From: Desulfatiglandales bacterium
Lineage (GTDB): Bacteria > Desulfobacterota > DSM-4660 > Desulfatiglandales > HGW-15
Assembly: GCA_963667015.2 (NCBI GenBank)
Contig: CAXXJJ010000001.1
Span: forward strand, 1,728,001 to 1,792,000
Direction of reading: 5' to 3'
Length of the DNA stretch: 64,000 nucleotides
Each line of letters begins with the position of its first letter. Within the stretch, counting starts at the first letter, position 1. Positions 22,639-33,154 of this stretch are shown here, in pieces. The position numbers and the translations under genes were made by a program. Below the pieces are notes generated by a model that saw only the letters and a program-made list of their open reading frames with translations, had not been told where the DNA came from and did not search any database.

Positions 22639-23832
22639 ATGTCTAAACAAAAATTTGAAAGGACTAAGCCACACGTAAACGTTGGAACAATCGGTCATAT
22701 AGACCATGGAAAGACGACACTTACGGCTGCGATAACAAAGCTGATGGCCATGAAGGGTGGTGCTGAATTTGTACCCTTTGATTCAATAGACAAGGCACCG
22801 GAAGAAAAGGCCAGAGGAATAACAATAGCGACAGCGCATGTTGAATACCAGACAGAAAACAGGCATTATGCACATGTTGATTGTCCTGGTCATGCTGACT
22901 ATATAAAGAACATGATAACAGGAGCCGCCCAGATGGACGGAGCGATTCTTGTAGTTGGCGCAGACGATGGTCCAATGCCGCAGACAAGAGAGCATATCCT
23001 TCTAGCCCGTCAGGTTGGTGTACCAAACATGGTTGTATTTTTGAATAAATGCGACATGGTTGATGATGAAGAGCTTATCGAACTTGTAGAACTTGAACTC
23101 AGAGAGCTTTTGAGCAAATACGAGTTTGACGGTGACAATATCACGATCGTTAGAGGTAGCGCATTAAAGGCCCTCGAATGTGAGAGTGCAGACGATGAAG
23201 CGGCAAAGCCGATATATGAGCTGATGGATGCGATCGATAATGATATTCCGGAGCCTATAAGAGAGACAGATAAACCCTTCCTGATGCCGGTAGAAGATGT
23301 ATTCAGCATAAGCGGTCGTGGAACAGTTGTGACCGGCAGGATAGAAAGAGGAATGGTCAAGGTTGGTGAGGAAGTAGAGATCGTAGGAATCAGAGATACC
23401 ACCAAGACAGTATGTACAGGTGTTGAAATGTTCAGGAAGATCCTTGATCAGGGTCAGGCAGGAGACAATGTAGGACTTCTGTTAAGAGGAACCAAGAGAG
23501 AGGATGTAGAACGCGGTCAGGTAGTAGCAGCACCCAAGTCAATTACCCCGCATACGAAATTCAAGGCAGAGGCATATATCCTTACAAAAGAGGAAGGCGG
23601 AAGGCATACCCCGTTTTTTAATGGATACAGACCTCAGTTTTATTTCAGAACCACCGACGTAACAGGTGTCGTGTCATTACCAGAGGGCGTAGAGATGGTA
23701 ATGCCCGGAGACAGTGTTTCAATAGAAGGTGCATTGATAACCCCGATAGCAATGGAAAAGGAACTCCGCTTTGCTATTCGTGAAGGTGGCCGTACAGTAG
23801 GCGCCGGCGTTATCCATGAAATAGTTGAATAG
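22639..23832 (+). CDS. tuf: Elongation factor Tu (copy 2)
   Basis: Protein identical to 8017-9210 except PEPV to PEPI. Confidence 0.99.
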   Translation: MSKQKFERTKPHVNVGTIGHIDHGKTTLTAAITKLMAMKGGAEFVPFDSIDKAPEEKARGITIATAHVEYQTENRHYAHVDCPGHADYIKNMITGAAQMDGAILVVGADDGPMPQTREHILLARQVGVPNMVVFLNKCDMVDDEELIELVELELRELLSKYEFDGDNITIVRGSALKALECESADDEAAKPIYELMDAIDNDIPEPIRETDKPFLMPVEDVFSISGRGTVVTGRIERGMVKVGEEVEIVGIRDTTKTVCTGVEMFRKILDQGQAGDNVGLLLRGTKREDVERGQVVAAPKSITPHTKFKAEAYILTKEEGGRHTPFFNGYRPQFYFRTTDVTGVVSLPEGVEMVMPGDSVSIEGALITPIAMEKELRFAIREGGRTVGAGVIHEIVE

Positions 23833-23859
23833 TAAAGTGAAGTAATAGCAGGGAATAAA

Positions 23860-24183
23860 ATGATAGAGAAAGCGTTAGCTAACCAAAAGATAAGGATTCG
23901 TTTAAAGGCATATGATCATAAACTGCTGGATCAGTCTGCTTTGGAAATTGTAGATACTGTGAGGGAAACTGGTGCCAAAATAGCTGGTCCTATACCACTA
24001 CCTACTGTTATTAATAAATTTTGTGTTCTAAGGTCACCTCATGTGAATAAAAAGTCAAGAGAGCAATTTGAAATAAGAACTCACAAAAGACTTTTAGACA
24101 TACTGGAGCCTACACAACAAACAGTTGATGCCTTGATGAAGCTGGATCTGTCCGGCGGTGTTGACGTAGAGATTAAACTATAA
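23860..24183 (+). CDS. rpsJ: 30S ribosomal protein S10
   Basis: [24 protein letters not shown]. Confidence 0.98.
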   Translation: MIEKALANQKIRIRLKAYDHKLLDQSALEIVDTVRETGAKIAGPIPLPTVINKFCVLRSPHVNKKSREQFEIRTHKRLLDILEPTQQTVDALMKLDLSGGVDVEIKL

Positions 24184-24208
24184 GAGAACTATTGAGTTGG
24201 AGAATTAG

Positions 24209-24832
24209 ATGGGCAACAGGATCTTTGGTAAAAAACTCGGCATGACACAATACTTTATTAATGAAGGAAAAAGTGTGCCAGTCACATTGGTAAAAGCCGG
24301 CCCATGTGTTGTTATTCAGAAGAAGACCATTGATAAAGATGGTTACGAGGCTATTCAGGTTGGTTTTGAAGAAAAAAAGGAAAGCAGAGTCAATAAGCCT
24401 TTAAAGGGACATCAAAAGGCAGCCGGTGACAAATTTTACTACTATCTCAAAGAAATAAAGGTAAAGGATTCGAGTGAATACGAACTCGGGCAGGAGATAA
24501 CCGCAGCCGATGTGGTTCAGATAGGTGATATTGTAACTGTATCCGGAAAGAGCAAAGGAAGAGGATTTGCCGGCGTTATGAAAAGGCATGGCTTTGGCGG
24601 AGGGAGAAAGACACATGGATCGAGATCCCATAGAGTTCCCGGTTCAATAGGTATGAGTGCAACTCCATCCAGAGTTTTAAAAGGAAGAAAGCTTCCCGGA
24701 CATATGGGGGATGAAAGAACCACGGTAAAGAATTTAATGGTTCTTGATGTAAGACCTGAAATAAACCTTATAGCAATTAAAGGACCATTACCAGGTAGTG
24801 ATAATTCGATAATTGAAATCTGCAGAAAGTAA
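24209..24832 (+). CDS. rplC: 50S ribosomal protein L3
   Basis: GKKLGMTQ, SKGRGFAGVMKRH. Confidence 0.98.
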   Translation: MGNRIFGKKLGMTQYFINEGKSVPVTLVKAGPCVVIQKKTIDKDGYEAIQVGFEEKKESRVNKPLKGHQKAAGDKFYYYLKEIKVKDSSEYELGQEITAADVVQIGDIVTVSGKSKGRGFAGVMKRHGFGGGRKTHGSRSHRVPGSIGMSATPSRVLKGRKLPGHMGDERTTVKNLMVLDVRPEINLIAIKGPLPGSDNSIIEICRK

Positions 24833-24864
24833 TTGCAGGTAATTAAAGAAGTGACAAATAAAAA

Positions 24865-25485
24865 ATGACAGTAATCGACGTATATAATCTAAAGGCAGAA
24901 AAGACAGCTGAGATTGAACTGAATGAGAAAATCTTTTGTGTTGCTGTTAGGAAAGATATTCTACATCAGGTAGTTGTCAGTCAGCTTAATAAAAGAAGAG
25001 CAGGAACAGCTGCTGTAAAAACACGATCTGAAGTAAATGGATCTCATAGTAAGATGTGGCGGCAAAAGGGTACTGGCCGCGCAAGAGTTGGTACCGGCTT
25101 AACTAATACAAGACGTGGTGGCGGCGTTGTATTTGGTCCTGTTCCCAGAAGCTATGCCACAAAGGTGCCTAAAAAGATAAAAAAGGCCGCAATAGCAATG
25201 GCATTGAGTGATAAGTGCAGTTCAAAGAAGCTTATTGTAGTTGATGACTTTTCTTTACCTGAAATTAAAACAAAGGAATTTGTTAAAGTCATGGGCAACT
25301 TTGATATTAAAAAAGCTTTGATTGTCACTGAAAATAAGAACGAGAACCTTGAAAAATCTTCAAGGAATGTTCCTGGCATTAAGGTGATCAGACATGAGGG
25401 CATTAATGTATATGATATCCTGAATCATGATCATCTCTTTTTAGTCAAACCTTCTATTGAAAAGATTGAGGAGGCATTGATTTAA
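24865..25485 (+). CDS. rplD: 50S ribosomal protein L4
   Basis: RQKGTGRAR, GGGVVFGP. Confidence 0.97.
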   Translation: MTVIDVYNLKAEKTAEIELNEKIFCVAVRKDILHQVVVSQLNKRRAGTAAVKTRSEVNGSHSKMWRQKGTGRARVGTGLTNTRRGGGVVFGPVPRSYATKVPKKIKKAAIAMALSDKCSSKKLIVVDDFSLPEIKTKEFVKVMGNFDIKKALIVTENKNENLEKSSRNVPGIKVIRHEGINVYDILNHDHLFLVKPSIEKIEEALI

Positions 25486-25487
25486 TA

Positions 25488-25775
25488 ATGGATGTTTACA
25501 GTGTAATCAAAGAACCACATGTTGCAGAAAAGGCAAATATTCTGAAAGAAACAAACAATCAGATAGTGCTAAAAGTCGATCCCAGGGCAAATAAAATTGA
25601 GATTAAGAAAGCAACTGAACTTTTATTAAAGACTAAAGTTGTAAATGTTCGGACTCAAAATATGAAGGGAAAAAAGCGTCGTGTTGGCAAGAATATTGGT
25701 AAAAAACCTGACTGGAAAAAAGCTGTTGTAACGCTTGCACCAGGGGAAAATGTCGAATTTTTTGACGGCGTTTAA
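25488..25775 (+). CDS. rplW: 50S ribosomal protein L23
   Basis: ANKIEIKKA, WKKAVVTL; S10 operon order. Confidence 0.97.
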   Translation: MDVYSVIKEPHVAEKANILKETNNQIVLKVDPRANKIEIKKATELLLKTKVVNVRTQNMKGKKRRVGKNIGKKPDWKKAVVTLAPGENVEFFDGV

Positions 25776-25841
25776 GAGCATTTGTTTGAGATTGATATAA
25801 TTTTAATAATTAGAAAAATATAGGATTATTTGGAGATATAA

Positions 25842-26663
25842 ATGGCTATAAAAGGTCATAACCCGACTTCACCCGGAAAAAGATTTCTTAAAAATAGTAC
25901 ATTTGAAGAAATAACAACTAATAGACCGGAAAAGAGTCTTGTAAAAACACTGAAAAAGAGTGGTGGACGAAACTCTTATGGCAGAATCACAGCTCGTTTC
26001 CGTGGAGGCGGTCACAAAAGACGTTACAGGATTATAGATTTCAAACGAAATAAAGATGGTATTCCAGCCAAGGTTGCCACGATAGAATATGATCCTAACA
26101 GGTCAGCAAATATAGCGCTGTTAAATTATGCGGATGGTGAGAAAAGGTATATTATTGCTCCAGCTGGTTTACAGGTAGGGGATGTGCTCAATTCCGGTCA
26201 AGGGGCAGAGATATCACTTGGAAATACCTTGAAGTTGAATGATCTCCCACTTGGTAGCCAGATTCACAATATTGAATTAAACCCAGGACATGGTGGTCAA
26301 ATAGTTAGAAGTGCCGGTACCTATGCGCAGTTAATGGCTAAGGAAGGTAAATATGCCCAGATAAAATTGCCGTCAGGAGAAGTCAGACTGATTTCCCTTG
26401 AATGCAGGGCAACTATCGGTCAGGTTGGTAACTCCGGATATATGGGAATCAGTCTTGGAAAAGCCGGAAGATCTCGATGGAAGGGGCGTAGACCACACGT
26501 TCGCGGTGTAGCAATGAACCCGGTTGATCATCCACATGGCGGTGGGGAAGGAAAATCATCGGGAGGAAGACATCCTGTAACACCATGGGGTGTTCCTACA
26601 AAGGGTTATAAAACAAGGGTAAGAAAGTCTAGCGATAAAATGATAATTAAGAAGAGAAAGTAA
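25842..26663 (+). CDS. rplB: 50S ribosomal protein L2
   Basis: [25 protein letters not shown]. Confidence 0.99.
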   Translation: MAIKGHNPTSPGKRFLKNSTFEEITTNRPEKSLVKTLKKSGGRNSYGRITARFRGGGHKRRYRIIDFKRNKDGIPAKVATIEYDPNRSANIALLNYADGEKRYIIAPAGLQVGDVLNSGQGAEISLGNTLKLNDLPLGSQIHNIELNPGHGGQIVRSAGTYAQLMAKEGKYAQIKLPSGEVRLISLECRATIGQVGNSGYMGISLGKAGRSRWKGRRPHVRGVAMNPVDHPHGGGEGKSSGGRHPVTPWGVPTKGYKTRVRKSSDKMIIKKRK

Positions 26664-26702
26664 TCAGTAGGATTATCTCTTTATTTAAATGGAGGAAAAG
26701 TT

Positions 26703-26990
26703 TTGCCAAGATCATTAAAAAAAGGACCATTTGTTGATGATCACTTGCTTAAAAAAGCTTCAATGGCTCAAGGAGCCGGGAGCCGAAATATAATCAAGAC
26801 TTGGTCAAGGAGATCTATAATCTTACCTGAATTTGTCGGGCTTACCTTTGCGGTTCATAATGGAAAAAAATTCATTCCTGTTTTTGTGACTGAAGATATG
26901 GTTGGACATAAACTGGGTGAGTTTTCCCTTACAAGGACCTTTTATGGTCATGCTGGAGACAAAAAATCAAGAGTAAAAGGTGGGAAATAA
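26703..26990 (+). CDS. rpsS: 30S ribosomal protein S19
   Basis: [20 protein letters not shown] start. Confidence 0.98.
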   Translation: MPRSLKKGPFVDDHLLKKASMAQGAGSRNIIKTWSRRSIILPEFVGLTFAVHNGKKFIPVFVTEDMVGHKLGEFSLTRTFYGHAGDKKSRVKGGK

Positions 26991-27322
26991 TGGAATCAAG
27001 TGCTAAAGCAAGATATGTCAGGATTTCTCCCCAAAAAGCCCGCCTGGTAATGGACCAGATAAGAGGCAAGAGGGTGGAGGATGCATTAAACATGTTAAAA
27101 TTTGCACCTCAAAAGGGAGCTGCTCTTATATTAAAGGTTGTAAATTCCGCTGTGGCGAATGCACAACAAAACTCCGATGTAGATGTAGATAAACTGTATA
27201 TTAAGCGGATATTTGCTGATGATGGCCCAATGCTTAAAAGAATTATTCCACGTGCAAGTGGAAGGGCTACAAGGATATTAAAAAGAACTAGTCATTTGAC
27301 TGTTGTCCTTAACGATAACTAA
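26990..27322 (+). CDS. rplV: 50S ribosomal protein L22
   Basis: RISPQKARLV, KRTSHLTV. Confidence 0.98.
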   Translation: MESSAKARYVRISPQKARLVMDQIRGKRVEDALNMLKFAPQKGAALILKVVNSAVANAQQNSDVDVDKLYIKRIFADDGPMLKRIIPRASGRATRILKRTSHLTVVLNDN

Positions 27323-27365
27323 AGATAAACATTTTAAGGATAGTACCAACAGGCGGAGGTAAAGA

Positions 27366-28004
27366 TTGGGACAGAAAGTAAATCCTATCGGTTTCAGACT
27401 GGGTATAAATAAGGAATGGGATTCAAAATGGTTCGCTGGTAAGGATTACGCCAGTTTCGTTTATGAAGATTTTCGTATTAGAAAATTTTTAAAGAAGAAA
27501 CTTCAGCAGGCAGGCGTTTCTAAAATTGAGATTGAAAGAGCCGCGAACAAGGTAAAATTAAAAATTCATACTGCAAGACCCGGGCTTGTTATCGGTAGAA
27601 AAGGTGCCGAGATTCAAAATCTTACCAAAGATCTTGGAAAGATAATCAATCGAGAATTCTTTATTGATATCCAGGAAGTAAGAAAGCCTGAAATTGATGC
27701 GCAGTTGCTGGCTGAAAATATAGCGTTACAGTTGGTACGAAGAGTTTCTTTCAGAAGGGCTATGAAAAAAAGTGTCAGTTCAGCTCTCCGATTTGGTGTG
27801 CAGGGTATTAAAATCTCATGCAGCGGAAGACTTGGCGGCGCTGAAATGGCACGAAGGGAATGGTACAGAAAGGGTCGTGTGCCGCTTCACACGATTCGGG
27901 CAGATATCGATTATGGATTTGCCGAGGCCTTTACAACTTATGGCGTTATCGGCATAAAGGTTACCATATTTAATGGCGAGATTTTACCAGATAAAAAGGA
28001 TTAA
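27366..28004 (+). CDS. rpsC: 30S ribosomal protein S3
   Basis: [29 protein letters not shown] start. Confidence 0.98.
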   Translation: MGQKVNPIGFRLGINKEWDSKWFAGKDYASFVYEDFRIRKFLKKKLQQAGVSKIEIERAANKVKLKIHTARPGLVIGRKGAEIQNLTKDLGKIINREFFIDIQEVRKPEIDAQLLAENIALQLVRRVSFRRAMKKSVSSALRFGVQGIKISCSGRLGGAEMARREWYRKGRVPLHTIRADIDYGFAEAFTTYGVIGIKVTIFNGEILPDKKD

Positions 28005-28011
28005 TTAATAA

Positions 28012-28416
28012 ATGCTTAGTCCAAAGAAATTAAAATACAGAAAAAGACAAAAAGGCAGGATGAAAGGGCAGGCCAAGGGCAGTACTCTTGAATTCGGTGA
28101 ATTCGGTCTTCAGGCAACAGAATGCGGACGCATGACAGCTCAGCAGATTGAGTCCGCCCGTATTGCTATAACCAGACATGTAAAACGTGGTGGGAAAATA
28201 TGGATACGTATCTTTCCCGATAAGCCAATAACCAAAAAACCGCTTGAAACCAGAATGGGTAAGGGAAAAGGAGCTACCGAAGCCTGGGTAGCTATAATTA
28301 AACCTGGCAGAATTCTCTATGAAATGGAAGGTGTTGGTGAAAGTGTTGCCGCAGAGGCTTTCAGGCTGGCTGGACATAAACTTCCTTTTGGAACCAGGTT
28401 TGTCTGCAGGAGATGA
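28012..28416 (+). CDS. rplP: 50S ribosomal protein L16
   Basis: [18 protein letters not shown]. Confidence 0.98.
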   Translation: MLSPKKLKYRKRQKGRMKGQAKGSTLEFGEFGLQATECGRMTAQQIESARIAITRHVKRGGKIWIRIFPDKPITKKPLETRMGKGKGATEAWVAIIKPGRILYEMEGVGESVAAEAFRLAGHKLPFGTRFVCRR

Positions 28417-28610
28417 AAATGAAAGCAAAAGAAATTAGAGATATAGATAATCAGGAACTTGTAGAAAAAGAATCATCCCTGCGTCAGGAACTTTTTAACC
28501 TCAGATTTCAGAAAGCTACAGGCCAATTAGGTAATACTGCCATGATTGGGAAAACAAAAAAGGACTTGGCAAGAGTCAAAACTATTCTAAACGAATTAAA
28601 AAATAAGTGA
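28413..28610 (+). CDS. rpmC: 50S ribosomal protein L29
   Basis: [14 protein letters not shown]. Confidence 0.96.
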   Translation: MKMKAKEIRDIDNQELVEKESSLRQELFNLRFQKATGQLGNTAMIGKTKKDLARVKTILNELKNK

Positions 28611-28627
28611 TACTGGATGAGGTAGGC

Positions 28628-28924
28628 ATGAAAGAGCGAGGGGTTAGAAAAAAATTAGCAGGGGTTGTAGTTGGAACGAGCATGGATAAGACAGCTGTTG
28701 TTCTGGTCAACCAATTAATTAAACATAGCACGTATAATAAATACATACGAAGACATACAAAATATCTTGCACATGATCCAAATAATATTTGTCAGAATGG
28801 CGATAAAGTTAGGATCATTGAATCAAGGCCAATTAGTAAACTGAAAAGATGGCAGGTAATAGAAATTATAGAAAAAGTTGAAACTGTTGCCGTCGATACA
28901 GAAAAAGAAATGGCCCAGGAGTAA
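28628..28924 (+). CDS. rpsQ: 30S ribosomal protein S17
   Basis: [28 protein letters not shown] at 28628 after GAGG. Confidence 0.97.
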   Translation: MKERGVRKKLAGVVVGTSMDKTAVVLVNQLIKHSTYNKYIRRHTKYLAHDPNNICQNGDKVRIIESRPISKLKRWQVIEIIEKVETVAVDTEKEMAQE

Positions 28925-28929
28925 TTGAA

Positions 28930-29298
28930 ATGATTCAAACAGAGACTAAACTTAAGGTTGCGGATAATTCTGGTGCAAAGCTGTTGACATGCATAAAAGT
29001 TCTCGGTGGATCTAAAAGAAGATACGCGAGCATTGGAGACATTATTGTAGTTGCTGTCAGAGAGGCAATGCCCAATTCAAAAGTCAGTAAAGGTAGCGTT
29101 ATGAAGGCTGTGATAGTAAGGACAGCAAAGGAAATAAGACGTCCGGACGGATCTCATATTAAGTTTGATGATAATTCAGCTGTACTTATTAACGCTCAGA
29201 ATGAACCTATAGGTACTCGAATCTTTGGCCCGGTTGCCAGGGAGTTGAGGGCTAAGAAATTTATGAAGATAATATCTCTTGCCCCTGAAGTACTTTAA
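28930..29298 (+). CDS. rplN: 50S ribosomal protein L14
   Basis: [20 protein letters not shown]. Confidence 0.99.
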   Translation: MIQTETKLKVADNSGAKLLTCIKVLGGSKRRYASIGDIIVVAVREAMPNSKVSKGSVMKAVIVRTAKEIRRPDGSHIKFDDNSAVLINAQNEPIGTRIFGPVARELRAKKFMKIISLAPEVL

Positions 29299-29321
29299 TT
29301 AAAATTTATGGAGTATCCTAA

Positions 29322-29651
29322 GTGCTTAAGAAACATCCCATAATTAAAAAGAACGATAAGGTTATCATCCTTTCAGGGAAAGAACAGGGGAAAATCGGTA
29401 ACGTGCTTAAAGTTGACAGTGAGAAAATGCGCGTGATCGTTGAAAAAATCAATGTGGTTAAGAGACATTCAAAGCCGAGTGCTGCAAATGCTCAGGGTGG
29501 TATTATTGAAAAAGAGGCTCCTATTCATATCTCCAACTTGATGATTATCTGCAATAAATGCGCTGAACCGACAAGAATAGGAAAACGCATACTTGATGAT
29601 GGATCGAAGGTAAGGGTTTGTAAAAAGTGTGGTGAAATAATTGGTGATTAG
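29322..29651 (+). CDS. rplX: 50S ribosomal protein L24
   Basis: KOW motif, EAPIHISN; GTG start. Confidence 0.97.
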   Translation: MLKKHPIIKKNDKVIILSGKEQGKIGNVLKVDSEKMRVIVEKINVVKRHSKPSAANAQGGIIEKEAPIHISNLMIICNKCAEPTRIGKRILDDGSKVRVCKKCGEIIGD

Positions 29652-29716
29652 AATTTGCCAATTTAGAATCCTTGAATATAACAACATTTATTCAGATTTG
29701 TAAACAGGAGTAACAG

Positions 29717-30256
29717 TTGTCCAGACTGAAAGATAAGTATACGGATGAAGTAGTTCCGGCTTTAGTAAAAGAGTTCGGTTACACAAGCGCCATGGCTGTG
29801 CCTAAAATTAAAAAAGTTGTTTTAAACATGGGACTGGGTGAAGCTATATTCAATATCAAGGTGCTTGATAGCGCAGCAGAAGAACTTTCATTAATTGCCG
29901 GACAGAAAGCGGTCATTAGGAAAGCAAAGAAATCTATTGCTGGTTTTAAGTTACGTGAAGGCATGCCTATAGGGTGCTCCGTTACGTTAAGACGTGAAAA
30001 GATGTATGAGTTTCTGGATAAACTTTTTAATGTCGCACTCCCAAGGGTTAGAGACTTTCGTGGCTTGCCGAATAAGATGTTTGATGGCAGGGCAAATTGT
30101 TCACTTGGGATAAAAGAACATATAATTTTTCCTGAAATCGATTACGATAAGATAGACAAAATTAAAGGTCTTAATATTACAATTGTTACTTCTGGTAAAA
30201 CCGATGCAGAAGGTACGTTTTTATTAAAATCTTTAGGAATGCCTTTTAGGAATTAA
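29717..30256 (+). CDS. rplE: 50S ribosomal protein L5
   Basis: [22 protein letters not shown] start. Confidence 0.98.
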   Translation: MSRLKDKYTDEVVPALVKEFGYTSAMAVPKIKKVVLNMGLGEAIFNIKVLDSAAEELSLIAGQKAVIRKAKKSIAGFKLREGMPIGCSVTLRREKMYEFLDKLFNVALPRVRDFRGLPNKMFDGRANCSLGIKEHIIFPEIDYDKIDKIKGLNITIVTSGKTDAEGTFLLKSLGMPFRN

Positions 30257-30269
30257 CAGGGAGGATGAC

Positions 30270-30455
30270 TTGGCAAAAAAGTCCCTTATAGCAAAAGCTA
30301 AAAGAAATCAGAAATTTTCTACTCGTAAATATAACCGTTGTCCTATTTGTGGAAGGCCCCGTGCATTTCTGAGAAAATTCGGTATTTGCAGAATTTGTTT
30401 TAGAAGTATGGCTCTGGGCGGAGAGATACCCGGTGTAATTAAATCCAGTTGGTAA
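30270..30455 (+). CDS. rpsN: 30S ribosomal protein S14 type Z
   Basis: 61 aa, RCPICGR ... CRICFR; TTG start. Confidence 0.97.
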   Translation: MAKKSLIAKAKRNQKFSTRKYNRCPICGRPRAFLRKFGICRICFRSMALGGEIPGVIKSSW

Positions 30456-30530
30456 TTATTGTTTTAGCTGGTTAATACTAATTATATTTTTATTAAGTAG
30501 AAAATGAAATAGAAACAAGGAGTTATTTTC

Positions 30531-30929
30531 ATGGGAATGACAGATCCGATAGCCGATATGCTGACTAGAATGAGGAATGCATTAATGGCATCATACAACT
30601 CAGTAGACGTTCCTGGTTCAAGGATGAAAATAAATATCGCTAAGGTACTTAAATCTGAAGGTTTTATTAAGAACTTTAAGTTAATTGATGATAAGAAGCA
30701 GGGTGTCATCAAAATTTATTTTAAATACGATGAAAAAGGTGCACCAATTATTGATGGCCTGAAAAGGATAAGCAAACCTGGTTGTAGAATTTATTCTAAG
30801 AGTGACAAAATCCCAAAGGTATTAAATGGTTTTGGAATTAGTATTCTATCAACTTCAAAAGGCATAATCACGGACAAACAGGCAAGAGAGATAGGTGTTG
30901 GTGGAGAAGTTATCTGTTCAGTCTGGTAG
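30531..30929 (+). CDS. rpsH: 30S ribosomal protein S8
   Basis: TDPIADMLTR, STSKG, GGEVICSVW. Confidence 0.98.
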   Translation: MGMTDPIADMLTRMRNALMASYNSVDVPGSRMKINIAKVLKSEGFIKNFKLIDDKKQGVIKIYFKYDEKGAPIIDGLKRISKPGCRIYSKSDKIPKVLNGFGISILSTSKGIITDKQAREIGVGGEVICSVW

Positions 30930-30981
30930 TTTTTTGTTATTTATACATCGTATTATGATCTTTCTTAATTGGAGGTTTTAA

Positions 30982-31521
30982 ATGTCACGCATAGGCAAAA
31001 TGCCTATTGAAATCCCAAAAGAAGTTAAGGTAGATATTAAAGAAGAGTCTATATCTATCAAGGGACCAAAAGGTGAATTAAAAAGGACCATTAATCCTAA
31101 GGTTCGTTTAAATATTGAAAATGATCAGATATTGATCATGGTTGATGACGATTCAAAAGAATCCAAATCATGCCACGGTTTATTTAGAGCCTTAGTAGCA
31201 AATATGGTAAAAGGTGTTTCTCAAGGATTCGAGCGTATACTTGAAATAGTCGGTGTTGGTTACAGAGCTGAGGTTGCAGGCCGAACCGCTACATTTCATC
31301 TTGGCTATTCGCATCCAATAGTATTTGAACTGCCGGAAGGAATAGACGCAAACATTGATAAATCCAAAATAACCCTGACCGGAATCGACAAAGAGCTTCT
31401 TGGACGAACGGCCGCTAAAATTAGAAGTTTCAGGAAACCTGAGCCCTATAAAGGTAAGGGGATAAAATACGCGGAAGAAGTCATAAAGAGGAAGGCTGGT
31501 AAGTCCGGAGCTAGGGATTAA
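30982..31521 (+). CDS. rplF: 50S ribosomal protein L6
   Basis: MSRIGK, PEPYKGKGI. Confidence 0.98.
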   Translation: MSRIGKMPIEIPKEVKVDIKEESISIKGPKGELKRTINPKVRLNIENDQILIMVDDDSKESKSCHGLFRALVANMVKGVSQGFERILEIVGVGYRAEVAGRTATFHLGYSHPIVFELPEGIDANIDKSKITLTGIDKELLGRTAAKIRSFRKPEPYKGKGIKYAEEVIKRKAGKSGARD

Positions 31522-31551
31522 AAGGATTATTTTTTTGACAGGATCATTATA

Positions 31552-31920
31552 ATGGCATCGATAAGCAGAGCAAAATCAAGAGAAAAACGGAAAAGACGAG
31601 TAAGGCGAAAAGTTCTTGGAACGGCTGAACGTCCAAGGCTTTCGGTCTTTAGAAGTGCAAAGAATATATACGCACAAATAATTGATGATACCAGTTATAA
31701 CACCCTTGTACAGGTATCCACTATTTCAAAAGATGTAAGGGATCAGTTAAAAGGAAAGAGTGGAAATAAAGAGGGGGCAACGGTGATTGGTAAATTAATA
31801 GCGGAAAGAGCTCAGGAAAAAGGTATAAAAAAGGTTGTTTTTGATAGAAACGGATTTTTATACCATGGACGAGTTAAATCACTTGCTGAAGCAGCACGGG
31901 AAGGTGGACTGGAATTTTAG
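31552..31920 (+). CDS. rplR: 50S ribosomal protein L18
   Basis: [23 protein letters not shown]. Confidence 0.98.
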   Translation: MASISRAKSREKRKRRVRRKVLGTAERPRLSVFRSAKNIYAQIIDDTSYNTLVQVSTISKDVRDQLKGKSGNKEGATVIGKLIAERAQEKGIKKVVFDRNGFLYHGRVKSLAEAAREGGLEF

Positions 31921-31969
31921 TTTTCTATGAATTCCAATTTATATTTAGCAGCAATTAAGGAGACAGGCA

Positions 31970-32467
31970 TTGTATAAAGAAGAGAACGAAGATGAATTAA
32001 TTGAAAAAGTCGTCCATATTAGCAGAGTTGCTAAGGTTGTTAAAGGTGGGCGTAGATTCAGTTTTAGCGCAATAGTTATTGTTGGCGACGGAAAAGGTCT
32101 TGTTGGTTGTGGCCTTGGAAAGGCCAATGAAGTTCCTGAAGCTATTAGAAAAGGATCTGAAAAGGCAAAGAAAAGTATGAAAGCTATTAGCGTTGTAGAA
32201 GGCACAATACCTCATGAGATAATTGGAAAATGGGGAGCTGGTCGTGTTCTTATTAAACCTGCTGGTCCGGGTACCGGAGTAATTGCTGGAGGTGCTGTCC
32301 GTGCAGTACTTGAGGCTGTTGGAATTCAAAATATACTTACAAAATGTTTGGGATCACATAATCCGCATAATCTTGTGAAGGCTACCATAAAAGGTCTTAG
32401 TACTTTAAGAAGTCCCGAAGATATAGCGACAAGACGGAATAAAACACTTCAAGAAATGTTTAATTAA
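31970..32467 (+). CDS. rpsE: 30S ribosomal protein S5
   Basis: [25 protein letters not shown] start. Confidence 0.98.
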   Translation: MYKEENEDELIEKVVHISRVAKVVKGGRRFSFSAIVIVGDGKGLVGCGLGKANEVPEAIRKGSEKAKKSMKAISVVEGTIPHEIIGKWGAGRVLIKPAGPGTGVIAGGAVRAVLEAVGIQNILTKCLGSHNPHNLVKATIKGLSTLRSPEDIATRRNKTLQEMFN

Positions 32468-32487
32468 TAAAAGAACGAGATTTTATT

Positions 32488-32667
32488 ATGGCTGATAAAA
32501 TAAAGGTAACCCTGGTTAAAAGCGGAATCGGAAAAAACAAAAAGATCAGGGAAACATTAAAAGGGCTGGGATTAACCAAGCTAAATAAGACTGTTTATCT
32601 GAATAATACTGCTCCTATAAGAGGAATGATTGATAAAGTATTATTTATGGTAAAGGTTGAAATATAA
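32488..32667 (+). CDS. rpmD: 50S ribosomal protein L30
   Basis: Read manually: MADKIKVTLVKSGIGKNKKIRETLKGLGLTKLNKTVYLNNTAPIRGMIDKVLFMVKVEI. Confidence 0.95.
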   Translation: MADKIKVTLVKSGIGKNKKIRETLKGLGLTKLNKTVYLNNTAPIRGMIDKVLFMVKVEI

Positions 32668-32683
32668 TTATTGGGAGATAATG

Positions 32684-33124
32684 ATGATGTTAGATGATCT
32701 TTCCCCGGCAGAAGGTTCCAGGAAAAATAGAAAAAGAGTTGGCAGAGGTCCGGGATCCGGTCATGGAAAAACCTCCTGTAAAGGTCACAAAGGCCAGAAA
32801 GCAAGATCCGGTGGCGGAATAAGTCCTGCATTCGAGGGCGGACAGATGCCTTTACATCGTAGACTGCCTAAAAGAGGTTTTACCAACCACTTTAAGAAAA
32901 TATATGATCTCATTAATATAAATGATCTGAACAAGTGTGAACCTAACTCTGTGGTTAATATCGATAAACTGGCAGAACTGGGTTTTTTTAAGGGCGCCAA
33001 AGACGGGATTAAATTATTGGGCAACGGAGAGTTAGCACATCCTGTTGAAATTCAGGTGAATAGCGCGAGCAAAGAAGCAATTAGAAAGATTGAAGCCGCT
33101 GGCGGAAAAATCGAGTTAGTCTGA
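32684..33124 (+). CDS. rplO: 50S ribosomal protein L15
   Basis: RVGRGPGSGHGKT, FEGGQMPLHRRLPKRGF; start is one of three tandem ATGs (32681/32684/32687). Confidence 0.97.
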   Translation: MMLDDLSPAEGSRKNRKRVGRGPGSGHGKTSCKGHKGQKARSGGGISPAFEGGQMPLHRRLPKRGFTNHFKKIYDLININDLNKCEPNSVVNIDKLAELGFFKGAKDGIKLLGNGELAHPVEIQVNSASKEAIRKIEAAGGKIELV

Positions 33125-33154
33125 TTTTAAACATTTATCCGGAGAGTACTCACC

